Below are positions 30,961 to 41,027 of a DNA stretch of 64,000 bases, one piece after another. Position 1 is the first letter of the stretch; each line of letters opens with the position of its first letter. Location of the stretch: the NCBI GenBank assembly GCA_963770895.1, contig CAVYRF010000003.1:24110-88109 (forward strand). The letters run 5' to 3'. The notes beneath the pieces are model-generated. The model did no database searches. It was not told the origin of the DNA and saw only the letters and a list, made by a program, of their open reading frames with translations. The position numbers and the translations under genes were made by a program. This DNA is from an uncultured Acidobacteriota bacterium (GTDB lineage: Bacteria > Acidobacteriota > Thermoanaerobaculia > Multivoradales > UBA5704).

Positions 30961-31113
30961 GTGGGCGCGGGTGTGCGCAGTCGTTTTCCTGCCTGCAGTG
31001 ATACCCTTCTGCAAGTTCGACGTCCGATCGATTGCCAGCGGTGGTTGCAACCACGGCGGGCCTGCGGGCCGCGGTTTTCGGCTGGATCGTTCACATTTTC
31101 AGGAGGTGCGCGG

Positions 31114-32052
31114 GTGGCACGACACGTACTGACCATTGCCGACCTCGGCGCCGCGGACCTGCTGCGGCTGGTCGATTATTCCTTGTCGATCGCGGCAGGG
31201 CGCAATCACCAGCAGCCGCTGGCCGGCAAGGCCGTCGGCATCTATTTTCGCAAGAGCTCGACGCGCACCCGCACCTCCTTCACCGTCGGCGCCGCCAAGC
31301 TGGGGGCGCAGGTGATCACCTACGGTCCCGCCGATTTGCAGATTTCGACCGGCGAGACGCTGCGCGACACCGGCAACGTCCTGGCCAACTACCTGGACGC
31401 CCTGGTCGTCCGCACCAACGACCCGGTGGCGGAGATGCAGGAGCTGGCCGGTCAGGGGCGGATGGCGGTGATCAACGCGATGAGCGACAACGAGCATCCG
31501 ACCCAGGCCATCGCCGACCTGGTGGCGATGCGCGAAGCCTTGGGGCGCCTGTCCGGGGTGCACGTGCTGTACCTGGGCGAGGGCAACAACACGGCCGCCG
31601 CCCTGGCCCTGTCGTTTGCCAAGCTGCCCGACATGCGCCTGACCCTGGTGACGCCGCCGGGCTATGGGGTGGCGCCCGAGTTCCTGGAGGCGGCGCGCGC
31701 TTTGGCGGCGGCGGCCGGCCAGGGTTCGGCGATCGAACAGCACCACGACATGGAGCGGCTGCCGCTCGGCGTGGACGTGGTGTACACGACGCGGTGGCTG
31801 ACCATGGGCGTTCCCAAGCGGGATTCCGACTGGCTGTCGATCTTCCGGCAATACACCATCACGCCCGCGGTGATGGCCAGGGTTTCCAAGGCCGACGGCA
31901 GCACGATCTTCATGCACGACCTGCCGGCCATGCGCGGCTACGAAGTGGTCGACGCAGTGCTCGACGGCGCGCAGAGCATCGCCCTGCGGCAGGCCTACCA
32001 CAAGATGACCAGCGCGATGTCGGTGCTCGCCTGGGCCACCGAAGCCATCTGA
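31114..32052 (+). CDS. Ornithine carbamoyltransferase-family enzyme (divergent)
   Basis: KSSTRTRTSF, VINAMSDNEHPTQ, GEGNNT, DVVYTTRW, FMHDLPA. Confidence 0.85.
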   Translation: MARHVLTIADLGAADLLRLVDYSLSIAAGRNHQQPLAGKAVGIYFRKSSTRTRTSFTVGAAKLGAQVITYGPADLQISTGETLRDTGNVLANYLDALVVRTNDPVAEMQELAGQGRMAVINAMSDNEHPTQAIADLVAMREALGRLSGVHVLYLGEGNNTAAALALSFAKLPDMRLTLVTPPGYGVAPEFLEAARALAAAAGQGSAIEQHHDMERLPLGVDVVYTTRWLTMGVPKRDSDWLSIFRQYTITPAVMARVSKADGSTIFMHDLPAMRGYEVVDAVLDGAQSIALRQAYHKMTSAMSVLAWATEAI

Positions 32053-32150
32053 CCAGGGTGCGGGCCGGGGGCGCCGCGCCGCCGCCGGCGGGGCCGCCGG
32101 GGGACGGCCGAGTGATGGCGGGGGGCGGGCTCGATTAAACTCCTTGTTCT

Positions 32151-35100
32151 GTGTCGCAGAACGTTCTCGATCGCTGTCTGCTGCTCGACCTGGAAACCTC
32201 CTTCGATCAGCGCATCCTGAAGATCGGCGCGGTGTGGCGGGACCGCACGTTCGTCTATCCGCAGGGCGGATCGCTGGCCGAGGCGCTGGCGGAGCTGGAC
32301 CGCTTCGCCGCCGGCGCGGAGCTGGTGCTGGGACACAACGTCCTGGATCACGACCTGGCGATTCTGGCGCGGCAGGCGCCCGGTCTGGCGCTGCTGCGCA
32401 AGCCGGTGGTCGACACGCTGTACCTGTCGCCGCTCGCCTTCCCGGAGAACCCCTACCACCGGCTGGTCAAGGGCTACAAGCTGGTGCGCGACACGGTGAA
32501 CGATCCGGTCGCCGACGCGCGCCTGGCGGCGCGGCTGTTCGCGGATGCATGGCACAGCCTGGGCGCGGCGGCGCGCGCCGAGCCCGACCTGGCGGCGTTC
32601 TACGCCTTCTGCCTGCAGTCGTTGCCGGGCCTGTGCGGGGTGTTGACCGGCCTTGCCGGCCGGCCGCCGCTCGCGGTCGCAGAGGCGCGGGCGTTCGTGG
32701 CGCGGAGCTGTTGCGGCCAGGCGTGCGCCGCGGCGCTCGCCGAGCGGGCGGAGGGGGAGCTGGCGCATGCCGAGGCGCGGCCGGCCTGGGGGTTCGCGGT
32801 CGCCTGGCTGCGCGTCGCCGGCGGCAGGTCGGTGGTGCCGCACTGGGTTGCCGCGCGGCACCCTCACACCCTGGAGCTGCTCGACGCATTGCGGGGCCGG
32901 CCCTGCACCGGGGCGGCGTGCGCGTACTGCAGCGAGCATCACAGCCTGGAGGCGCAGCTGGCGCTCTACTTTGCGCCGTTCAGCAGCTTCCGGGAGCAGC
33001 CCGCGGCGCCCGGCGGCGGCAGCCTGCAACGCGCCGTGGCGGCGCGCTGTCTGGCCGGGGAGCCGCTGCTGGCGATGCTCCCGACCGGCAGCGGCAAGTC
33101 GCTGTGCTACCAGCTGCCGGCGCTGATCCGCCACCGCCGGCGCGGGCAGCTGACGATCGTGATCTCGCCGCTGCAGGCGCTGATGCAGGACCAGGTCGAG
33201 CGCCTGAACGACCGCACCGGCCTGGACTCTGCGGCGGCGATCAACGGCCTGCTGACGCCTCCCGAACGCGGCGCGGTGCTCGAAAAGGTGCGCCTGGGTG
33301 GGGTGGCCATCCTGTACGCCGCGCCCGAGCAGCTGCGCAACCGGTCCTTCCTGCAGGCGATCGAGCAGCGGGAGATCGCGGCCTGGGTGTTCGACGAGGC
33401 CCACTGCCTGTCCAAGTGGGGCCACGACTTTCGGCCGGACTACCTGTATGCCAGCCGCTGCATCCGCGAGCTGGCGCGGCGCCAGAAGCGTGCGCTGCCG
33501 GCGATCGCCTGCTTCACCGCCACCGCCAGGCCGGACGTGGCGAGCGAGATCCGCGAGCACTTTCGCGCCGAGCTGCACGTCGACCTGGCCGAGCTCGACA
33601 GCAACCTGCGGCGGCCCGAGCTGCGGTTTTCCGTCGAGGCGGTTGCCGCCGCGGCGAAGCTCGCCCGCGTCCACGCGCTGGCCGCCCAGGAGCTGGCGGC
33701 GGCGCCCGGCGCCGCGGTGGTGGCGTACTTTGCCACCCGCGACGGCGCCGAGCGCGCGGCCGCCTACCTTGCCGCCAGGGGCCTTGCCGCGGCGGCCTTC
33801 CACGCCGGCTTGCCGCCTCCCGACAAGCGGCGGGTCCAGCAGGCGTTCACCGCCGGCACGGTGCGCGTAGTGTGCGCCACCAACGCGTTCGGCATGGGCA
33901 TCGACAAGGCAAACGTGCGGCTGGTCGTGCACGGCGACCTGCCGGGGTCGCTGGAGAGCTACCTGCAGGAGGCCGGGCGGGCCGGCCGCGACGGGCAGGC
34001 GGCGCGCTGCATTTTGCTGTTCGCCGCCGCCGACGTCGAGCGCCAGTTCCGGCTCGCCGCCGCCAGCCGCCTGAGCCTGCGCGACATCGCCCAGGTGTTG
34101 CGCGGCGTGCGGCAGCTGGCGCGCAAACAGCGCGGCGGTGGCGCCGCCGGCGAGGTGGTGGTGACCAGCGGCGAGCTGCTCGGCAGCGGCGACGTCGAAA
34201 CCAGCTTTGCCGCCGGCGACCGCGACGCCGACACCAAGGTGAAAATTGCCGTGGCCTGGCTGGAGCGCGCCCAGCTGCTCGAGCGCAGTCACAACCGCAC
34301 GCGCGTCTTTCAGGGGCGCCCGCGCGTCGCCAGCCTGGAGCTGGCGGCGCGGCGGATCGACCAGCAGGCGCCGGAGCTGGCGGCCGCCGAGCGGCAGGCG
34401 TGGCTGGCGATCCTCGCGGCGCTGATCGACTGCCGCCCCGACGAGGGGCTGACCGCCGACCAGCTGGTGGAGCTTCCGGCGTTGGCGGCGATGGCGGTGC
34501 CGGCGACCGCTTCGGTCGGGGGAGGGGGCGGGCGCGAAACCGCGGGCGAGGCGGTGTTGCGGATTCTCGACCGGATGGTGGCGCTCGACCTGATCGAGAG
34601 CGGCATGCAGCTGACCGCGTACCTCAAACGGCGCGGTCCGGGGGCGGCCCGGGTGAGCTTCGCGGGGTTGTGCCAGGTGGAGAGCGCGATGTTGGAGGTG
34701 TTGGCGGCGCGGCCCCCGGCGGCGACGGCCGGGGTCTGGCAGGAGGTTTCGCTGCGCTGGCTGAGCCAGATGCTGCGCGATCGCGGCCTGCGCACCCACC
34801 CCGAAACGCTGCAGCGCCTGCTGGTGTGCCTGGCGCGCGAGGGCGCCGGCGAGCCTGGCCGCGGCAGCCTGCTGGCGTTGGTCTGGCGCTCGCGCGACCA
34901 GTGCGGTTTGCGGTTGCCGGCGGGAAGCTGGCAGGGCCTGATCGAGGTCGCGGCGCGGCGCCGCGCCGCCGCCGGGTGCGTGCTGGGCGCGCTGCTGGCG
35001 ATGACGCCGGTGGAGGGGCCGGCGGCGGCGACCGTGCAGGTGGCGTTTGCCGTCGCCGACCTGGTGGCGGCGCTGGGCGCCGACCCCGAAGTGGGCGCGG

Positions 35101-37598
35101 GCCTGGGAGAGCCGGCGGCGCTGGCGGAGCGGGCGCTGCTGCGGTTGCACGACCTGGAGGTGATCCAGCTGCAGCAGGGGCTGGCGGTGTTCCGCCAGGC
35201 GATGACCCTGCGGCTGCTGCCGCGCGGGCCCGCGGCGCGGTACAGCCGGGCCGACTACGAGCCGCTGCGCGCCCACTATCGCCAGCGCACCTTGCAGATC
35301 CACGTCATGGCGCGCTACGCCGAACTGGGACTGGAAGGCATCGACGGCGCGCTCGATTTCGTGGACGCGTACTTTTCCCTCCAGGGCGCGGTCTTCACGC
35401 GCCGCCACTTTCCCGGCGAAGCGGTGATGCTGGCGCGCGCCACCGGGCGGGAGTCCTATCGCCGCATCGTCGAGGACCTGGGCAACGCGGCGCAGACCGC
35501 CCTGGTGACGGCGCGCGCCGAGGCCAGCCTGCTGGTCCTGGCCGGGCCCGGTTCCGGCAAGACGCGGGCGGTGGTCCACCGCTGCGCCTACCTGTTGCGG
35601 GTGGAGCGGGTGCCGGCGAGCGCGATCCTTGTGGTGTGCTTCAATCGCAGCGCGGCGCGCGAGGTGTCGCGGCGCCTGCGCCAGCTGGTGGGCGACGATG
35701 CGCGCGGCGTGCTGGTGCAGACCTATCACGGCCTGGCGCTGCGGCTGACCGGCACCTCGCTCGCCGCCGCGGCCCAGGCGGGGGCCGGAGAGCCGGACTT
35801 CGCGCGCTTGATCGACGAGGCCAACGAGCTGCTGCGCCAGGGCGCGGCGCCGGTCGGGGCAGGCGCGGAGGCGGACGCCGAGGCGGCGGCGGTGCCGGCA
35901 GGCGGCGACGGGGTGATGCCGGCAGGGCCGGTGGCAGCCGGATCGGTGCCGGTGGCGCCGGAGCCGCTGGAGGCCGCGCCGGAGGGGCCGGCGGGTCTGC
36001 TGCGCGATCGCATCCTGGCGGGTTTCAGCCACATCCTGGTCGACGAGTACCAGGACATCAACGAGGCGCAGTACGAGCTGATCGGGCATCTTGCCGGCCG
36101 GCGCGAGAACGACGCCGAGCGCCGCCTGCCGATCCTGGCGGTGGGCGACGACGACCAGACGATCTACGGCTGGAACGGCGCCAGCATCGAGTTTCTGCGC
36201 CGCTTCCGCCAGGATCATCCCGACGCGGCGGCGCACTTCCTGGTCGAGAACTTCCGCTCCACCGCCCACATCGTCGCCTGCGCCGACCATCTCATCCGGC
36301 ACAACCGCCACCGCCTGAAGCAGGGGCAGGCGGCGCGTGTCGACAGCGCGCGGGCCGGGCAGCCGGCGGGCGGCAGCTGGGCGGCGGAGCACGACCCGGC
36401 GGGCGGCGGCCGCGTCCGCCTGCTGCGCGTGGCCGGCGCCGGGGCGCAGGCGGCGGTTGTGGTCGAGCACCTGCGCGCGCTGCGGCGGTTCGACCCCCAG
36501 GTGCAGTGGCGCCAGTGCGCCGTGCTCGCCCGCACCCGGCGCGAGCTCGAACCGATCCGCGCGCTGTGCGAAAGCGCCGGCCTGCCGGTCGTCTGGGCGG
36601 CGGACCGCGACAAGCTGCCGCCGCTCCACCGCGTGCGCGAGATCGCCAGCCTGCTGGGCGCGCTGGAAGCGCGGCGCGGCGAGCTGGTGCGCGCGTCGTG
36701 GCTGCTCGACCTGGCGGCGGCCGGTGCGGCGCAGGACGTGGGCTCCGTCAATCCGTGGCGGGCGACGTTGGGCGAGATCCTGCGCGAATGGCAGGACGAG
36801 ACCGCCGACGCGGAGGTCCCCGCGAGCGCGGCCAGCGAGTTCCTGTTCGATGCCCTGGCCGAACGGCGGCGGGAGCCGGTGCGCGGCCAGGGCATCTACC
36901 TCGGCACCGTGCACAGCGCCAAGGGGCTTGAGTTTGCGCACGTCGTGTTGGCGGACGGCGGCTGGGCGCCGGCTTCCCAGTTCGGCTCCGGCTCCGACTC
37001 CGACTCCGATGGCGACGCCGACGCGGTGGAGGCGGAGCGGCGCCTGTACTACGTCGGCATGACGCGCGCCTGCCACACCCTGGCGTTGCTGGCGCGGCGC
37101 GACCAGGACAACCCGCACGTGCGGCTGATCGAAGCGGATGCTGCGGCGGCCGGCAGCGCCATGGCAGCCGCCCTGGCGGTGAGCGAGCCGGCGGTCGTCG
37201 AGCCGCCGGAAGAGCTGCTGGAACGCCGTTTCGTGCTCCTGGGCCTGGGCGAGCTGTTTCTCGATTTCGCCGGCCGCCGGCTGCCCGGCGATCCGACCCA
37301 CGCGGCGCTCGACCGGCTGCGGCCGGACGACCTGCTGACCGCGCGCCTCAGCGCGGGATGGGTGGAGCTGCTCGATGCGGCCGGCATCGCGGTAGCATCG
37401 CTGTCGCTGCTCGGCCGCCAGGCCGTGGATCGCGCGGTGGCCTTTGAACCCTGCAGGGTCGTCGCGCTGGTCGAGCGGCGCGCCGCCGACTCGCAGGCTG
37501 AGTACCGGGCAAAGCTGCGTTGCGAGCGCTGGTGGGTACCGGTGGTGGAGGCGCGCTTTCGCGCCGCCGCAAGGCCGCAGGCAGAAAGGTGCGACTAG
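32151..37598 (+). CDS. Fusion: DEDD exonuclease-like domain + RecQ helicase + UvrD/Rep helicase
   Basis: Exonuclease: LDLET, GHNVLDHD, DTL. RecQ: PTGSGKSLCYQLP, DEAHCLSKWGHDFRPDY, ATNAFGMGIDK, QEAGRAGRDG. UvrD: AGPGSGKT, VDEYQD, VGDDDQTIY, ENFRS, TVHSAKGLEF, ERRLYYVGMTRA. Confidence 0.92.
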   Translation: MSQNVLDRCLLLDLETSFDQRILKIGAVWRDRTFVYPQGGSLAEALAELDRFAAGAELVLGHNVLDHDLAILARQAPGLALLRKPVVDTLYLSPLAFPENPYHRLVKGYKLVRDTVNDPVADARLAARLFADAWHSLGAAARAEPDLAAFYAFCLQSLPGLCGVLTGLAGRPPLAVAEARAFVARSCCGQACAAALAERAEGELAHAEARPAWGFAVAWLRVAGGRSVVPHWVAARHPHTLELLDALRGRPCTGAACAYCSEHHSLEAQLALYFAPFSSFREQPAAPGGGSLQRAVAARCLAGEPLLAMLPTGSGKSLCYQLPALIRHRRRGQLTIVISPLQALMQDQVERLNDRTGLDSAAAINGLLTPPERGAVLEKVRLGGVAILYAAPEQLRNRSFLQAIEQREIAAWVFDEAHCLSKWGHDFRPDYLYASRCIRELARRQKRALPAIACFTATARPDVASEIREHFRAELHVDLAELDSNLRRPELRFSVEAVAAAAKLARVHALAAQELAAAPGAAVVAYFATRDGAERAAAYLAARGLAAAAFHAGLPPPDKRRVQQAFTAGTVRVVCATNAFGMGIDKANVRLVVHGDLPGSLESYLQEAGRAGRDGQAARCILLFAAADVERQFRLAAASRLSLRDIAQVLRGVRQLARKQRGGGAAGEVVVTSGELLGSGDVETSFAAGDRDADTKVKIAVAWLERAQLLERSHNRTRVFQGRPRVASLELAARRIDQQAPELAAAERQAWLAILAALIDCRPDEGLTADQLVELPALAAMAVPATASVGGGGGRETAGEAVLRILDRMVALDLIESGMQLTAYLKRRGPGAARVSFAGLCQVESAMLEVLAARPPAATAGVWQEVSLRWLSQMLRDRGLRTHPETLQRLLVCLAREGAGEPGRGSLLALVWRSRDQCGLRLPAGSWQGLIEVAARRRAAAGCVLGALLAMTPVEGPAAATVQVAFAVADLVAALGADPEVGAGLGEPAALAERALLRLHDLEVIQLQQGLAVFRQAMTLRLLPRGPAARYSRADYEPLRAHYRQRTLQIHVMARYAELGLEGIDGALDFVDAYFSLQGAVFTRRHFPGEAVMLARATGRESYRRIVEDLGNAAQTALVTARAEASLLVLAGPGSGKTRAVVHRCAYLLRVERVPASAILVVCFNRSAAREVSRRLRQLVGDDARGVLVQTYHGLALRLTGTSLAAAAQAGAGEPDFARLIDEANELLRQGAAPVGAGAEADAEAAAVPAGGDGVMPAGPVAAGSVPVAPEPLEAAPEGPAGLLRDRILAGFSHILVDEYQDINEAQYELIGHLAGRRENDAERRLPILAVGDDDQTIYGWNGASIEFLRRFRQDHPDAAAHFLVENFRSTAHIVACADHLIRHNRHRLKQGQAARVDSARAGQPAGGSWAAEHDPAGGGRVRLLRVAGAGAQAAVVVEHLRALRRFDPQVQWRQCAVLARTRRELEPIRALCESAGLPVVWAADRDKLPPLHRVREIASLLGALEARRGELVRASWLLDLAAAGAAQDVGSVNPWRATLGEILREWQDETADAEVPASAASEFLFDALAERRREPVRGQGIYLGTVHSAKGLEFAHVVLADGGWAPASQFGSGSDSDSDGDADAVEAERRLYYVGMTRACHTLALLARRDQDNPHVRLIEADAAAAGSAMAAALAVSEPAVVEPPEELLERRFVLLGLGELFLDFAGRRLPGDPTHAALDRLRPDDLLTARLSAGWVELLDAAGIAVASLSLLGRQAVDRAVAFEPCRVVALVERRAADSQAEYRAKLRCERWWVPVVEARFRAAARPQAERCD

Positions 37599-37603
37599 CA
37601 GAA

Positions 37604-38146
37604 ATGACCGCCGCCCCGTTTCACATCGCCAGCGACCGCCTGCTGATCCGGCCGTGGCAAGCCACGGACCAGGCCGGTTTCCGGCAGATGGTGAGCGACC
37701 CCGAAATGATGCGCTACATCAGCAACGGTCTGCCCTGGAGCGACGAACGCATCGCCGAGTTCCAGGTCCGCCAGGGCCGCCAGCTGGAGTCCCACCGCTG
37801 CTGCATGGGCGCCCTGGAAGAGCGCTCGACCGGGCGCCTGGTCGGCGTCTGCGGGCTGCAGCCGCTGGGCACCACCTCCGACACCGAAATCGGCTGGTGG
37901 GTCGTCCGCGATCGCTGGGGAGAAGGCCTGGCAACCGAAGCCGCCGGCGCCGCCCTGCGGTACGCCTGGGACGCCCTGGCCCTGCACCGCGTGGTCGCCA
38001 TCGCCTTGCCGCAAAACCTCGCCTCGACCCGCATCATGGAAAAGCTGGGCATGCGCTGCGAGCGCCACACCACCACCCAGGACCTGGGCAAACCCGGCCC
38101 CCCCGTCGAAGTCGTGCTGTACGCCATCGAACGCGCCGCGCCCTAG
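37604..38146 (+). CDS. GNAT N-acetyltransferase, RimJ/RimL family
   Basis: SDRLLIRPW, EIGWW...WGEGLATEAA, NLASTRIMEKLGM. Confidence 0.88.
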   Translation: MTAAPFHIASDRLLIRPWQATDQAGFRQMVSDPEMMRYISNGLPWSDERIAEFQVRQGRQLESHRCCMGALEERSTGRLVGVCGLQPLGTTSDTEIGWWVVRDRWGEGLATEAAGAALRYAWDALALHRVVAIALPQNLASTRIMEKLGMRCERHTTTQDLGKPGPPVEVVLYAIERAAP

Positions 38147-38191
38147 CGCCGCGATCTGGCGCCGCGGCCGCCAGGGCGCGGCCGGCGTCAT

Positions 38192-38926
38192 CTATCCGGG
38201 ATGGTGGGTGGAGGGGCTTGGCGCCGGGGGTGCGGTGGGTGGGTCGCAGGGGCAGTGCTGGTCGCGGCGGCGCTCGAGGTCGGCGATGACGGCGCGTTTG
38301 AAGCCGGTGGTGCCGGATTGGGCTGGCAGCTGGGCGCGGTAGGTGGCGATGTCGACCAGCTGCAGGCGCATGCGGATGGTTTTCCAGAGGCGCGGGAAGC
38401 GTTCGCCGGGGACCTGGACGTGGTGCAGGCCGCCGCTGTAGGCCAGCAGCATGCGGCCGCTGCCGACGGATTCCAGGATGTCGGCGATGCCGCCGCGCAC
38501 GGTCATGGGCTGGCCGGCGGAGTCCAGGCCGTTGGCGCGCTTCATGCGGCCTTCGGGAAGGAGGGCCAGCATGGCGTCGGGATCGACGTGGGCCAGCACC
38601 TTGTCCCAGCTGTCGTCGCGCTCGCGGGTGATCGAGATGACGCGGTGGGCGATGAGCTTGTAGAACTGGCCGACCAGCGGCCGGCCGGTGGTCTTTTGCG
38701 CGATCGGCACCACGCCGTGGCGGGCGATGCGCCACAGGAACGAGAAGGGCACGCCGCCGGCGAAGAGCGGTTCGTAGAGGCTGGTGTGGTTGAGCACCGC
38801 CAGCAGGCGGACGTGGCGCCAGGGGTGGGGGCCGGGAGCGCCGATCCAGCTCATCTCGATGCGGTAGAAGGTGCGGGCGAACAGCTTGACCAGCACCAGC
38901 AGCAGGAAAACCAGGACCGAGCGCAC
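38192..38926 (-). CDS. PlsC-like glycerolipid acyltransferase
   Basis: LNHTSLYE (HX4D/E-like), LPEGRMKR. Confidence 0.7.
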   Translation of the reverse strand: MRSVLVFLLLVLVKLFARTFYRIEMSWIGAPGPHPWRHVRLLAVLNHTSLYEPLFAGGVPFSFLWRIARHGVVPIAQKTTGRPLVGQFYKLIAHRVISITRERDDSWDKVLAHVDPDAMLALLPEGRMKRANGLDSAGQPMTVRGGIADILESVGSGRMLLAYSGGLHHVQVPGERFPRLWKTIRMRLQLVDIATYRAQLPAQSGTTGFKRAVIADLERRRDQHCPCDPPTAPPAPSPSTHHPG

Positions 38927-38942
38927 AGGTGGGAGCCGCGCT

Positions 38943-39554
38943 TCAACCCCGCGGCAGGCCCGGCGTCAGGCCGCGGGCGCGCCGGATGTCGCGCACGATC
39001 TTCAGGTGATGGTGGCTGTGAATCCCCAGGAACCGCAGCCACTGCGGCCCGTCCAGGCTGCCGAAGCGCGGGTGCGCCAGGCGCAGGCGGCCCTGCCGCG
39101 GCCGCGCCAGCTCCGCCAGCCGCAGCCCCAGGGCGTCGATCCGCCGGTCCACCTCGATCAGCTGCGCCGCGGCGGCACTGGCCGCCGCCACCGCCTCCTC
39201 GCTCGGCAGCGCCGCGGCGGGCGCCTTGGCGACGCCGCGCGGCATGAAGCCGGTGAGCAGCACCGCGCGCCCCAGGGCGTTGATCCCCTGGACCGCGGTC
39301 AGCTCGGCGGGGTCCAGGATGCGGTGCAGCATCGCCAGCACCGACCGCTCCACCCGCAGGAGATGCTCCAGCTGCTGGGCCACGCTCCAGCCCGACACCG
39401 CTTCCGCCCGCGCCGTCAGCTGGCGGTCGCCGCCCCGCAGGAGGGCCCCGACGACCGCGCTCTGCTGCCGCACCCGGGCAAAATCCCGTTTGACCGCGCC
39501 AGGCGCCGGCATTGCGTGTCTCTCCAGTGCCGCGCGCTCCGACACTTCGGCCAT
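38943..39554 (-). CDS. DinB/DUF1569-like protein
   Basis: GWSVAQQLEHL, HPRFGSLDGPQWLRFLGIHSHHHL. Confidence 0.78.
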   Translation of the reverse strand: MAEVSERAALERHAMPAPGAVKRDFARVRQQSAVVGALLRGGDRQLTARAEAVSGWSVAQQLEHLLRVERSVLAMLHRILDPAELTAVQGINALGRAVLLTGFMPRGVAKAPAAALPSEEAVAAASAAAAQLIEVDRRIDALGLRLAELARPRQGRLRLAHPRFGSLDGPQWLRFLGIHSHHHLKIVRDIRRARGLTPGLPRG

Positions 39555-39782
39555 CGCACCTCCACCACGCGTTGGTTGCGTCCTGGATCGTATACCGGAA
39601 GGCTCGCCTCTGCGTCGGGCCGGGGCTGGATCCGCTGGATGCGCAGCGCCGCCCGGCGTGGCCCCTGGCGCGCGGAGACTGCAGGTTTTTCGGCAATACC
39701 GCTGTTGCGCGCGCTCTTTTGTGTGGCAAGCTCAACAAGGAGAGAGGTTTAGTGGCAATGGCGGGACCGCGGGGGGGCTTTT

Positions 39783-39798
39783 TGGCACCGTCTTCGCA
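39783..39798 (+). promoter_or_regulatory. Possible sigma54 -24/-12 promoter
   Basis: TGGCACCGTCTTCGCA has GG-N10-GC spacing, about 150 bp upstream of the GT2 gene; the -12 box is imperfect. Confidence 0.3.
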
Positions 39799-39949
39799 GC
39801 CTGTACCAGGGCGGGAGATACCGGCCAGGTGGCCGGTGAGGGGGCTGTGGGTAGTTTGGGTGGTGGGAAGGGGTCCCGAAGGTGGCGGGTGGTGGTAAAA
39901 TGACAACTTCCGGTAGGTGATGTAGAGAGAGCCGGGCCAAACGACTGCT

Positions 39950-41002
39950 ATGACAGCCACGCCGATCTCACCTCGTTCTTCGATACCCGCGATCACGGCA
40001 ATTGTCACGACTTTCAACGAAGAAGCGAATATCGCTGCTTGTTTGGAGTCGCTGCAATGGTGTGACCAGATCCTGGTGGTCGATTCGTTCTCGACCGACC
40101 GGACGGCGGACATCGCCCAGAGTTACCCCAAGGTGCGTTTCGAGAAGCGCACCTACTATGGCTCGGCGTCGCAAAAGAACTGGGCGATGGATCAGGTGGA
40201 CAGCGAATGGATCCTGATCTTCGACGCGGACGAGCGATGTACGCCGGCGTTGCAGGCTGAGATCATCGCCCTGCTGGCCACCAATCCCTCCGAGGACGCC
40301 TACACGGTCAAGCGGCGGGTGCACTTCCTGGACAAGGTGATCCGCTTCTCCGGCTGGCAGCACGATCGGGTGGTGCGGCTGGTGCGGCGCGGCTGCGCAC
40401 GCTACCCCAACCGGCGCGTGCACGCGGACATGATCACGCGCGGCCCGGCGCCGGTGCTGCAAAGCCCCATGGAGCACTACATGGCCGATACGCTGGACGA
40501 ATACATCCGGCGGATCGAGAAGTACAGCTTCTGGGGCGCTTCGCAGCAGTGGAAAGAAGGCAAGCAGGCGGGCTTCAACGAGGTGTTCGGCCGCACGGTG
40601 TGGCGGTTCCTGCGCACCTACATCTTCCAGCTCGGCTTCCTGGACGGGATGCATGGGCTGGTGTTCTGCATGCTGCAATCGTACGGCGCCTATCGCAAGT
40701 GGTCGCTGCTCTGGGGCTGGCACGCCAATGCCAGGCGCGGCCACATGCCGGCGCTGCCCATCTTCGACGAAGACGAAACGACCTGGCGCGGCCTCGAAGA
40801 GCCGCCGGCGCTGCGCTATGAGGCGCGCGAGGCCCGCGGATCGCTGCCGCAGATCACCCCGCGGGCGGCGCCGCCGCGCGCCAGCCAACCGCGGGCCGGC
40901 CAGGCGCGGTCGCCGCAGGCGCTGCCGTCGCAGCCCCTGGCGGCGCAACCGCTGTCGCCGGCCCAGCCGTCGCGGGCACAACAGCCGATCACGCGGCGGT
41001 AG
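39950..41002 (+). CDS. Glycosyltransferase family 2, WaaE/KdtX-like
   Basis: TFNEEANI, VVDSFSTDRT, QKNWA, WILIFDADE, YIFQLGFLDG. Confidence 0.9.
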   Translation: MTATPISPRSSIPAITAIVTTFNEEANIAACLESLQWCDQILVVDSFSTDRTADIAQSYPKVRFEKRTYYGSASQKNWAMDQVDSEWILIFDADERCTPALQAEIIALLATNPSEDAYTVKRRVHFLDKVIRFSGWQHDRVVRLVRRGCARYPNRRVHADMITRGPAPVLQSPMEHYMADTLDEYIRRIEKYSFWGASQQWKEGKQAGFNEVFGRTVWRFLRTYIFQLGFLDGMHGLVFCMLQSYGAYRKWSLLWGWHANARRGHMPALPIFDEDETTWRGLEEPPALRYEAREARGSLPQITPRAAPPRASQPRAGQARSPQALPSQPLAAQPLSPAQPSRAQQPITRR

Positions 41003-41027
41003 GGGCCCGCCCACGCCGCGAATCAGA

